DNA from: Balanoglossus misakiensis
Taxonomy: Eukaryota; Animalia; Hemichordata
Direction: 5' to 3'
Length of the DNA: 64,000 nt
Assembly: GCA_040954595.2 (NCBI GenBank)
Contig: CM082580.2
Coordinates: forward strand, 3,090,783 to 3,154,782
In this document: positions 52,291-64,000 of the stretch, in pieces
How the letters are laid out: each line of letters opens with the position of its first letter
Position numbering within the stretch: the first letter of the stretch is position 1
Program-made: the position numbers and the translations under genes
Notes under the pieces: generated by a model
What the model was told of the DNA's origin: nothing
Databases searched by the model: none
Seen by the model: only the letters and a program-made list of their open reading frames with translations

Positions 52291-54270
52291 GAAAAGCTAG
52301 GCATCTTGTACTCCTTGCCAAGGACGATATCAAATTTAGCAAGGGTCGGGATAGTATAGACTTAAGCACTTAACCAGACGGCCAGAAATCATTGAGTTGG
52401 TTTTCTTTAGAACTGGCACAACTTTTAGAGTTTTTTTTCCAAATGGCAGGAGTATGCCTTGTCAGGAGAAAATTGGAAAAGAAGCTGAAAAGTGACATCT
52501 GCTGATCAGCACAAAACATCAAAGTATGTCCACAATGCCACCTGGTACTGTACTGCAGTACTTCTGCTGAAATTAACGTTTTTAACAACCATTTCCCGAG
52601 AGATGACTTGGAAGCACGACTTGCAGAAAGTGAACTGACAGTTTATACAGCATATTATCATAACAGAATGACTACCTTTCTCCAATCATATTGTCAGATC
52701 AAAATTATTGTTTTGTTCGAATAAAACATCTGAAGATTTTTGTTTGTTTAAACTTCCATAGAATACCATACGGTTGTACAGGACAAAGTATCAATTTCAC
52801 GTTGATAAACATGACATTTAACAAACAAACAAAGCAAGCTTTCTTTTCAGGTCATGGTTAGCAACACTACAGATTTCAATGAAATGTTAACATGCATGGT
52901 CAAGGTAAAAAGGGTCACTGAACGAGGATACAACTTTGTGGTTCAACAGAGGTACAGTGCAACTGTTAAAACCAGGAAGAAACTATTGAAGAAACTTGCT
53001 GTCAGTGTCCAAAATATTTGCTTCATGACATATTAAATATTTCCAAATGATTGTTGCTGTTTTGCATTCATAGAATATGCTGGTTGGGCCCCTGGGAGGT
53101 AATTAAGCGCTATCATTCGAGTTGACTGTGCTGGTAGTACAAAGTTCTTGAAAGCCAATCAAAACCCTGTAAAATTATGTATTCATAATGAGTTCACCTG
53201 ATCCATCTAGTGCGAAGGGTGCAACCTTGACTGTTTGGAATTCAACCTTCATGTAAGAGACATACGTGTGGTCATTAACCGGAGAGCTTAACACAGCTTC
53301 TGACACTTGTTGCAAATTGCTGTCACATATATACACGCTACAGGAATGAGTGTATTGTGAACAGTCACAATTGCAAATGGTTCATCTTTCACCCAGAGAT
53401 GAAATATGGCAAACGAAGGAATTTAATTAAAATTTTACACAGTGTATCTCACCATGTCTGAGGTCAGGGTTTGAACACAGTTGTTTTCTGTCAGTTCAAG
53501 GGAAAAATAACCATCCTGGCCAGTTTAAAATAACTTAAGTTTGAGTTTCACATGTTTCACTGGTCAGCCTGCTCATCATTAATAATCATAATTTTTGTTT
53601 CAAACTGTACTACCATTTGTCCATGCAGATGAAGGCAGTGAACTATACACAGGCATTATAAACCCTAAATATGAGTGCATATTGCAAGTTTTAACCAGAT
53701 AAATAATAAAGCTTTGCCGCAAGCGATTATGGCCGCCACCGTGGGAAAATGCAAGAAACAATGAAAATGTTGCATTTCCTGTTATGAACTTCATAAACAA
53801 AACATGATCTCATCCACTTGAGCTCATGGAAGTATATGTACACCGCTGAGACATTATATTTTCCTTTTTCATTGCAATATTGCAGGGTTTTTTTAAATTG
53901 CAGGAATTTTTGGCCACTTTGTCATAAATAAGTGTTGAGCTTGATATATTATCATGAAATATCATTTAATAGACATAATTAAAAGCATATATGAGATTAT
54001 TTAAAACTTTAATTTTTTTATCCAGTTGCAGCTCATGTGCCTTTAATATAAATATGCAACAGGCGTATTGAAACAGAGGTCTTTGCATTAATTATTGACA
54101 TGTCATTCACTAGTAGTTTCCCCTCATATCTTCCTTGCAAGAAAAGAATAAGATTTTCAGACTCTTGCATAAAACAAATTATCACAAACATTATGTACTG
54201 CAGATTTATCTGAAGATAGCAGTTATGTGGAACTTGAATGACCTTAATTACAATACCAAATAAATAAGTA

Positions 54271-54462
54271 CTGTAAAACACTTTATTTTCGTGAGCAATT
54301 CATTTTTGCCAAATACGCGAGAGCCAAAATAGCGTGCAAATAAAAAGTCGCGTAATTTTTTTTTGAAGATAACGATGCAGTTAATGAAATAAGAGAACGT
54401 GAAACAGTGGCCTCTCTCAATATCGTGAAAATTTCAACTCGCAAAAATAAAGTGTTTTACAG
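54271..54462. mobile_element. MITE family B copy
   Basis: Full TIRs, TA flanks, small internal deletion. Confidence 0.85.
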
Positions 54463-54901
54463 TACTTGCAATGTTCATTTATGAATGAATCATCATTCCT
54501 CTCTTGGACTAAAACACTATGACAGTGAAATTACAGTTGAATAGTTTTACTGTCGCCATAGCATATCAGTCTCAAGCACGTTATTTCTAAAAATAAATTC
54601 TATCATTGAGGTTTTTTACGATGTGCATCAAGTTACTTAATGGACCGCTCTCCCCGCCAAGGTCATTTGTTTTACACTGGACACCTGCCATTGCAAGAGA
54701 CTTGCACGCTGGCTGCTGATTGCTACCTTTGCCTAAATCCCGGCTGATGTACAAATATACATCCTACACCTGAGCACTTGTGCTAGTCCATATACATATA
54801 CTTGACATCAAACAGAAACAATTCTGATTTCCCCTGTGCTTCACAGTGGCTGTTATTCATTGAGATTATTAGCCTGGTCTCCATACCCAGGGTGTTTTTA
54901 A

Positions 54902-55078
54902 AGGGACAAAGTCTCTCTCTTGCTGCTGATTTTTACTCTCATATCCTACAAACGGAATGGAAGTTGTGTGTCGTTGAAAGTTTATTATCTATATATCCAC
55001 ACGTAGTATAACATGAACAGAGACTTGTGTCAAACATAATTAATGGAAAAAGGTCTGCGAGAGAGAGACTTTGTCCCT
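54902..55078. mobile_element. MITE family C copy
   Basis: Same TIRs and TTAA flanks. Confidence 0.72.
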
Positions 55079-55938
55079 TTAATAGATAGACTCTCACACA
55101 GAGTCTGGCCATGCAGTCAACTCCCAGTCTTGGATTTTGAAGATCTGCATGTCAATAGAACTGAAAATGCGATGTCACGGCAATGAGGTCATCAAATGGT
55201 CTTGACTCTGACATCGTTCAAGTCAGTCACCTTACGCGCCCCGGGTGTTGGTAATAGTTGGAAAATAATTAGCATTAATTAGCAACATCTGTTCCATGGT
55301 AACGGCCAATCAGCCGATTTCAAAGGTTAAATGTAATAGATTTTATTAATGGCTATTTTCTGACAAACAAATGTTATTTTAGCATTCAATGGATTATGTA
55401 AGCTGTAGCAGCTGGGTTTGACAGTGACATTTTGGCAACAGATTGGATCTTGTTCACGTTCACCTTGACCATTTTCGAACCAAAAGTTGATAAAATTATA
55501 TTTTTATCGGCATTATGGGACCAATAAAGAGAAAAGCACAGGAGTGAAAAGGTTACAAAATGTCACAAAATTTACAAGAAAAGTACTGTGTAAAGGTGGT
55601 TGTCAGTGAAATTATACGGGGTAAAGTTTAAGACCACAAAATCGAGCAAATGTACTTTTCACAAATGTGCAAAGTAGTTGGACAATTTTGGCTGCCTTAA
55701 ATTGACTTTCACTTTGTGCTAGGGGGTCAGATCACATTATAATAATTGCATTCTGGGTAAAAAGTCAGACTGCACCATGACTGCATTGATATTCCCCAGA
55801 GGGACTCTGGTAATCAAGAAATCAAAATTTTATTAGCATCCAAACCATACAAAACAAACAGGCAAACAGTTGTGTATTTCAGGCCACTGCAGAATGGAGA
55901 TTCAATTTCACTTTGATGGTGAACCTTTGTTGTAACAG

Positions 55939-55939
<1 letters not shown>

Positions 55940-56020
<81 letters not shown>
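55940..56020. repeat. (CAAT)n microsatellite
   Basis: About 20 perfect units. Confidence 0.97.
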
Positions 56021-59000
56021 TAGTAATCAATCATTCTAAACATAGTCTCTGGAAAAAACAAACAAAAAATTAGGTCTCTCTTTAAAAACGGTCCTTGAAA
56101 ATTTATGGTTTTCCGATTTCTGTTTACAGTATATATAATTAGCATATATTCCCCCGGGAGATGGTGTTATTGCCATTTACCCATCAACTTAAAAGCACAT
56201 TCCATAAACAACTGAAGTAGGTAAAAACTGAAGTATATGATTTCCTGATGTCAATGACAATGAAAAATGATTCTTGAAACAAGTAAGAAATGCTCCAACG
56301 TTTTGTTGAGACGAACAAAAACTGTATTACACTAGCACTGAGATATTGTATCCGACCACTCATGTCAGAAATGACACTGAGAAGTGATGCACTGATTTGT
56401 CAAATAGCCTGAATAACACAATGATATGGTACAATTCTCCAGATAATATACTCACACAGACAATCATGATTGTTTCTCATAAGTGTCTAGTCTATCATTA
56501 TGCTTCGTTTTAAGCAGCATTCTTGTAAAATTTATAAACTTTGTTTATAAGTAATAACACCACTACCCTTTTATTCATCTAAGCCTGCAAAAGTGATCAA
56601 ACGAGCTGATTACCTAGACAAGGTGTCCTACACTCAAATTTATTTGTAAATGTTGTTTTCTTCCTGTGAGATTGAACTGACCTTCACCATGAACTACCCA
56701 TTTATGTGATACATCAGCTGAGTGATAGTGATTCTCCTTCAACTGACACTAATTTATGCAGGTGTCAAGATTAATGAGATTATTCATTTAATCCTCGGGA
56801 ATATGACAACATATGTTTTCTATTCATACAAGGTAGGCTACACTCTAGAATTCGAACTGAATGAATTGTCACTTGGCACATTCAGATCTGGCAAATCTGA
56901 CATTTTAGAGGCACTTTTTGTGTTCTACAAACACTGAGGATTAATAGTTCAAGTTTAACACAAAGTTAAGCCCATGTTTTGGTAATTTAGTTTAAATGCC
57001 CCCTCTTCAGTGCAAAGTACGTATATTTATGGACTAGCATCACCAAATAAACAAGATAGCAGAATGTAAACGATGTCTTGGCTTGTCTTTGACATTATGT
57101 GCAAGCGTATTCTACGCATGGCTTAAATGGCATATTTGAGTGTTCTGAAGAACATATGGTGGCACTCTTTTTCTCGCGTGTGCCACCCACTGAAAATCTG
57201 TGATTGGCTAGATCTCAATTTGCCATGTTAACTATAGCTAAGTATACCTTTAACAGTGCATAGTAGGCTATATTACACGATGAGTTTGGGTGCCTTGAAA
57301 TTGTCGACGTATTTAACGCTCGTTAAATACGGCCCGTTCAGTAAGGCTTTTTTTGTGCACGCCAAATTCTATTGTTTTTGGTGCCAGATGTATAATAATG
57401 TGTGGTATCACTAAATTCCCTGTCGTGAAGTTGAACGCGTGAACATTTTCCCTTTTTGCAGAATATTATTTAGTTGCCACTACAGACTTCAATAGTCTGG
57501 TCCAATCAGCAGGTATTGACACCTATCTGGTAGTTTGGGCAAAATGCCAAGAAGAATGACACACTGAAATTTTTGTAGTTATTTTAAAACTGATCTACTC
57601 TGTCAAATGAAAAGTGACGAAAAATTGGACATCAACTTGATTCAATGTCCCAAAAGTGTCTTGTTTATGAAATAAATATAAGTAAACACTTTGTAAGTTA
57701 ACACATCTTATTTCTTGCCTTGGCATTTACAATCACTTCAAAAAAGCACATATTCTTTAATACATGGAGATGAAGCAATGTTTCAATACGCAAATAGTTC
57801 GGCAAAGTGCCATAGTTTCTTTCTACAAGGGGACGCCAAAGGTTCAGTCATTTTCGTTTTTATCACAATGAATAGCTCTGCATGGTCTTGTTGATGGCAA
57901 CCCTGAATACTGTAGATTTCAGGTATTTTTATCAAATTGGTTGCTTTTTATAGCGATGATTAAAAGACACCTGGATGCAGATGTCTGGGCACCAATGATA
58001 ATGTGTTACTTGATGAGACCAGCATTTCATTTGATCCATTTCTGATGTTTACACTGATCCATTTTGTTTGACGAGTACCCAGGTACAAATCAAATATTAT
58101 GGGCTGTGGGGTTCTGGAATTATTATACATAAAACAGATGGAATGATTAACAAGTAAAAAGATCCAGTGTTTCATCTCCCAGGCTAGGTGATTGCTCGAT
58201 TTATGCAATTGAACGGATTCATATGGAATGATGGGACAGTAATTTTTCATGTAAATTTCAAATTCCCGTCAACTGGGATAACAACTCCTCTAACTGAGGC
58301 ATCTGATACAAAACCCTGCATAACTTTTTGGAATTCACATATGAACCTCAAAATGCACATTAGAAAGTTTGCTTTATGCTATCTTCATTTTGTCAGCAAA
58401 TGGATCATCTTACGTTTAATTTTTCTCCTCGTATTTACTTCAGAAGAAAACAGAACTGTGAAAATTTAACACAGATGTATAGCATATTATTTAGATACTT
58501 TACATCATCATGGGTATATGCTATAATTTAACTGTACTGTTCAGATCTCTACAATGCTGGGACACAGCAAATAGCTAAAAAAATAGGAATTCAGATGGTG
58601 CAATTGTGTCCACCAAATGTATAGCATTATTTGTTTCATCCTGATAGTAATAAAGTGCTCTTGTATGATTTTCTTCACATTTTTAAAGTTCAGAGTTTTT
58701 AAACAACTTTTCCAGATGACACATCATCAAAAGATTTCACTAAAACAATGTGAGTAAAGATTAGATAAAATCAAAATATGATGCAAAAAAGACCATTTTC
58801 CAAACTCTTAAGACCCTGCAAGATCTTGCTTGGCTAGGCAGTTTATATCAGAGGAAATTCTCATGTAACACAGAACAAACAACACACTGCCCATTGTGTT
58901 AAACAGCACAAAAGTTAATTTTCCGTTAAACTCTTCACCTACTGTTAAACTCTGCAGTTTAATACTAGTTTTTTTTAAAAAGCTTACTGGTAACTTGCAT

Positions 59001-59451
59001 TATTTGGCTAGCAACACTTGCAATGTGGTACTTAATTAATCAAGTTTGTGAGATCTTGCAATGAACTATCTATTGTAACAAATTATATAAATACTCATTT
59101 GTTAATAAATTGTTATAATAATAATTATATTCCAAAATAATCAATTTTTTTACAACATGTGCATGGAAAAGACGCAATGTCACAAGTCTCTGCTGTGGGA
59201 ATGTGCCACAAGACCACAGATTATATATTTATAAGACAGGCAATAAATGTGGGTGGTAGCAGGTGTGTGCAGGAATAAGATAAAGACATCACGACTCAAT
59301 GACCAGGATCTATTTTAGTGACTGATACTAGACTGAAAATAGATTTTTAGGTACATGTATATCAATAAAAATATATTGTCATCAAGCTTGATGTGATGTT
59401 CAACTCAAATATCTATCTACATCCCAGTCTGTGTTCATTGTTCCTGGTTTA

Positions 59452-60279
59452 GGCTGCATTCACAAACACCTCTGGAGGGGGGGGGGGGAGAATTCAATTT
59501 TTTTTACCGCTAATTTTCACACGCCCCCCTTCCGAACTGCCAATATTTTCAAATCCCCCCCTTCCGAACTGCCAAAATTTTGAAATCCCCCCCCCAGTTT
59601 CTTTCACAGAGCAAAACACATCACCTATCTATCTTGTAAAAAGAAAAACAGCGCTCCCATGAAAAGAATTCGAAGCTGATGTTTCCCCTCATCAGTGGGT
59701 ATTAAAACTGAACATTGTTTTTATTTTTTAAGTACATATATTTGTATTCTGTGTTGGGAGACATTGTAAACCGAGAATTGAAGGGGGTGGGTTTGGGAGG
59801 GGGTGTCCCCCTCCCACGTAAGAAAATTTTCTAAAATACAGAGCTCAAAGTTGCATTTTAATGAACCCGGCAAAAGCAAATTAACTCAACTACTGGTATG
59901 TTGGGGAGGACAAATTTAACCGTTGCCGCTCAAAGTTATCATGGGGTGGGGCAAGTCCCCTGATCTGGGACACTAGATAAACCAGTCAATGATTGAAAGG
60001 TGTTGATGAATGGAGGGGGTGAACTCCAGTTCAATTCAATTTTCTAATGTGGGAGGGGGACACCCCCTCCCACATTAGAAAATTTTGTAAAATAAAGGGC
60101 GCAAAACTGCATTTTTGTGGACTCAAAATAAATATTTAGTCGTTAAAGTTTTCAAGTCCCCCCCTTTCAGTCCCTAAATTATTTCAAACCCCCCCCCCTT
60201 ACATACCCTCAATTTTTTCAAATCCCACCCCTCAATTCTCCTGCCCCCCCCCCCTCCAGAGGTGTTTGTGAATGCAGCC
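59452..60279. mobile_element. PIF/Harbinger-type non-autonomous element
   Basis: TIR GGCTGCATTCACAAACACCTCTGGAGGGGG matches at both ends; 3-bp TSD TTA. Confidence 0.8.
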
Positions 60280-60559
60280 TTAAGTGACAGTTATTCACAG
60301 TGTCATTATGTAAAGAGATGCTATATTCAAATTTGTGCAACTGTTCAGTCACCTTGTCAAGTAGCATGCTCTCCAAATCACTCAAGCCATATATGGTCAT
60401 GGTACCAGCAGCTCACACAAATTGTAAAAGTAACTGTCATTATATCATGCGTATAAGGCACTCAGCTATTAGGAGAAATAAACTGGAACACCTCGGGGTA
60501 ACAATTTTATTGCAGTTTTAAATGTATATATACACGTACTTAAATATTATACTTATTAA

Positions 60560-60898
60560 AGGGACAAAGTGTCTCTCTCGCTGCCCTTTTTCCATTAATT
60601 ATGTTTGATACAAGACACCGTTTATGTTAATGTACACGTGGATATATAGTGAATCAACGTTCGACCACACACACCTTCCATCCAGTTTGTAGGATATGAG
60701 AGTAAAATTCTCACCAAAATGAATAAACGGTAGAGACCGAATATTCATTTTGGCGAGTTTTTCACTCTCGTGTCTACAGGATGGAAGTTGTGTGTAGTTG
60801 TACGTTGATTCACGTACTATATATCCACATGTACACTAACATAAATGGTATCAAACAAAATTAATGGAAAACGGGCAGCGAGAGAGACACTTTGCCCT
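60560..60898. mobile_element. MITE family C copy (longest, largely palindromic)
   Basis: Same TIRs; long inverted arms. Confidence 0.75.
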
Positions 60899-61408
60899 AT
60901 GACCATGCATAGATTGCAACATTTTGGAGTGTAATGAAACTTGCTAGTGAAAATTGTTGGTATACATGCAGGTAAGATGCACTGACTATGATCAGGCAAT
61001 TGCCCTTTCACCACTATGGTTTTGTCCAAATCCTTTGTTTTCTATGGTCACGTTTGACCTTTACAAAGGGGAAACAGGGGTGAAAGGGTTATATTTTGAT
61101 TTGTAAAGCTGATCATCTTAAATTGGGTAAATACATAATTCTGATTACTCGGGCAAACAGCTGTCGCAAAATGATCAGATGACCCAGACAGCATATATAC
61201 CTTTACTAATCTCTTGAGACCTTGTAGAGCACATTAACCCACCTCTCACAGAAAACCCCCCAAACATTTGCTGCCAGTGATGCAATTCTTTACTATCAAT
61301 CACGTGATCTGGCCATGTGTCACACGGCGCAGTCATTTCCAGATGACGGGCAAGCAATATTTCGGCATCCAGTAAAAGTTTTCCCCGAGTATGTTTTTAC
61401 TTTAGAAC

Positions 61409-61565
61409 CGCCAAACACGCAACATGTATCGGGTATGTTGCCTCATCAGCCTCATTGCATTTCGTCTGCACAGTCTTTGTCTGCACCACGTAAGTCCACG
61501 TTGCTGAAGTTGCCCGTCATCTGGAAATTTGAATGCGAACGCAACTGCCACCTGAGCGCGTCTGA
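61409..61565. repeat. Unclassified dispersed repeat shared with ~9632-9770
   Basis: ACATGTATC.GG.ATG.TGCCTCATCAGC...GCATTTC.TCTGCACAGTC.TTGTCTGCACCACGT occurs at both loci. Confidence 0.7.
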
Positions 61566-61754
61566 CGTCATTTGATAGCGAAGAATACTGTACACAATGT
61601 AGTCATGGCGATTAGGAACAGTGATTCACAGTTCTTCCAACATCTGTGGAATGATGACATCATTACCATGTGACATTGTTGGGATGGAATGATTAGACAA
61701 AAATAACACCGACCAAAACCTTTTTCAAGTATGTCATGGTCAGACTTTGTTATA

Positions 61755-61963
61755 CTGTAAAACGGGAAATTTTCACAAATGATAAATTTTCGCAAACTTC
61801 GCAAGAGCCCCCCAAAAACCCATGAAAATAAAAAAGTCACATAAAAATAGTTGCGAAAGAACAATGTGCGTTTACAGCGATAACGTGAATATTAATTGTT
61901 GCGTAACAGTTGCCTCTTGATATTTGCGAAAAATTTCCAGTCACGAAATTTCCCGTTTTACAG
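61755..61963. mobile_element. MITE family B-related subfamily copy
   Basis: CTGTAAAACGGGAAATTT...AAATTTCCCGTTTTACAG with TA flanks. Confidence 0.78.
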
Positions 61964-62219
61964 TATTCAGAAGACCAACATTTGACGGTACTCTACATGT
62001 CCTTCTACCACAGTATCCTTTCTTTTCTCACTTTTGCTTAAATGTTTGAATAGCCATTACACAGCACAGTTTAAATATGTCCCTGGACTCTCACAAGCTT
62101 ATCATGGGTCACAAGAAAATGTTACATGTCATGAAATTAACACTATCCACTAAAGGAAACTGTAATGGCCACAAAATTACCAAAATATTGTCAGTATTTA
62201 GTCATTGTAGCATCATAAT

Positions 62220-62311
62220 CAATCTGATTAAAATCAGATGTAGGGAACGGCGACGTGGTTTTTTTTTTAAAAACACGTCGCCGTTCCCTACATCTGATTT
62301 TAATCAGATTG
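62220..62311. mobile_element. 92-bp perfect-hairpin MITE with 9-bp TSD (Mutator-like)
   Basis: 38-bp perfect inverted arms; CATCATAAT duplicated at 62211-62219 and 62312-62320. Confidence 0.8.
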
Positions 62312-63223
62312 CATCATAATATTTTTTCTCCGTACTGCTTCATCTCATGAGTTGATCACCATTCCACATCTACAAAAAGTTAGCCTTTTTACTGAGCCGA
62401 ATGAAAATTGTCATGTTAATTTACAAACTCTATACCCTGCAGTGAGGGGGAAATGTCATTTTTTGACCACATATAACACTACTATAAATATAAAATATTA
62501 AATATAATGACAATTATAATTATGATTGTTTAATTTACACTTCATGAGTTAAATTTAGGACTCTTTGTCTTCATAATAATAAGCGGTGATATTCAATTTG
62601 ATGGGACTTCATGAAAGACCGCAGTTGCAAAAAGCTGCTAATAATTCTTTCAAATTTGACCTGCATCATCAGATCAGATTTCACTTGATATTTAAACCAA
62701 TCTTGCATGTTTTCTTTCGTATTCTATTGAGTGTTTTTTTTGGAAAATACCAGCCTCTTTGACAAACTAGAAGTGACCAGAGCCACCGATACTGGAATTG
62801 GCAAATCAAGAACTTCAGTACTCAGGAAAAAACATGTTTACTTCTACATTTCTGTTTACTGAAAGCAAAATGTGCAACCAGCGAAAGTTGACGAAATTGA
62901 TGTGTTTTGATAATCCTCTTTCATGCACACCAGGTGGGCGACTTTTATCCAGATCTTTGCTTTCAGTCGAACAATAGCATTCCTCAACATGCACAGATGA
63001 CACCTGAACAGGTTGTATGCAGTTTCAGATTTACATGACCCTGCAGGGTACAAGAGATTATAGGACCCTGGGAGGGAGAATTCACAAGGCCCTGGGAGGG
63101 GACATCAGAAAGGGCATTTACGGATCCTCTCTGGGCAAAACCAAACACCTTTAAGAAGATGAATGCACTGATGGTGATGAGGCGATATCCTGTGGTCAAT
63201 GTAGCATGCATTTAGGCAACATA

Positions 63224-63399
63224 CTGTAAAACACTTTATTTTCGCGAGTTGAAATGTTCGCGATATCGAGAGAGGCCACTGTTTCGCGAGTATTAATTTT
63301 CGCGTTCTCTTATTTCATTCACAGCATTGTTATCTTCAAACAAAATTTCTGGACTTTTTATTTTCACGCTATTTTGGGTCTCGCGTAAGTGTTTTACAG
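63224..63399. mobile_element. MITE family B copy (internal deletion)
   Basis: TIRs and TA flanks. Confidence 0.83.
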
Positions 63400-64000
63400 T
63401 ATTGGGCCAATTGCTAATAAGCTGTACCTTTTCGCTATGTTTTAAGCATTTTTGTTTCATGTATCTCTTGTTCAAATTCCTGAAACCGGATGAAATGTCC
63501 AGCATTTAGCTTAATTATCAACAGACCATATATTTGTAAAGTCAGCATTGTTATTGCACCAAATTTGAATTCAAGTCTGGACTAGAATTCAATTGCCAAC
63601 AATAACAATGGCAGTTACACACATACAGGCTATGTTAACAAGTGGAGTAATGGGTATATTAGCATGTTGTATGGAGTAGAACAAGAAATTGCATCTGGTA
63701 CACACAGACAAATAAGCACTTTGATATTGCTCACATTATATGTGGGAAGGGCATCAGATCACTTTTGCACTGACCTTCAACTAACACCTGATTCATTTGT
63801 ATTTTGCTATTTTGATTCTCAAAAAACCTTTCAGAGTACAAGGAGAATGTAGCTGTCATCCTGTGACAGAGTGATGTCTCATTTCTATTCATGTAGTCAA
63901 AGTGAAATTGGATTGTGACACCACAAAGTCTGGCTTGTAACAATTAAGAACACCTCCATTTACAATTGACATTGGCGTAATCAATCACATCCACAGATAT

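Noticed and set aside
62815-63211. Minus-strand ORFs with a signal-peptide-like start and VEECYC cysteines
   Set aside because: The features lie in different frames, with no convincing splice sites or family motif.
41000-64000. Numerous 60-100 aa ORFs in the ORF track
   Set aside because: AT-rich random ORFs or MITE-derived (recurrent CKTLYFRELKFS-type ends), with no domain motifs.

Overview
AT-rich, intron-containing animal genomic DNA, probably a marine invertebrate (taxon is an inference). It holds four recognisable genes: the 5' part of CIR1 (-), OXNAD1 (+, head-to-head with CIR1), an IP6K1-like inositol hexakisphosphate kinase (+), and a two-exon Bcl-2/Bcl-xL-like gene (-). A possible orphan basic terminal exon lies at 40.1-40.5 kb (-), followed by about 23 kb with no exon I could recognise. 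Top finding: OXNAD1 has a tandemly duplicated 142-nt exon in its FAD-binding domain. The two copies are only 25 nt apart and out of phase, so they appear obligatorily mutually exclusive, and the likely branch point of the second copy lies inside the first. Other findings are a U12-type intron in IP6K, a Helentron-type element inserted into another copy of itself, a possible N-terminally extended Bcl-2 isoform with a BH3-like segment, several MITE families with distinct TSDs, long foldback palindromes, and decayed LINE and Gypsy fragments. All assignments come from reading the sequence and recalled family motifs; no database searches were run.
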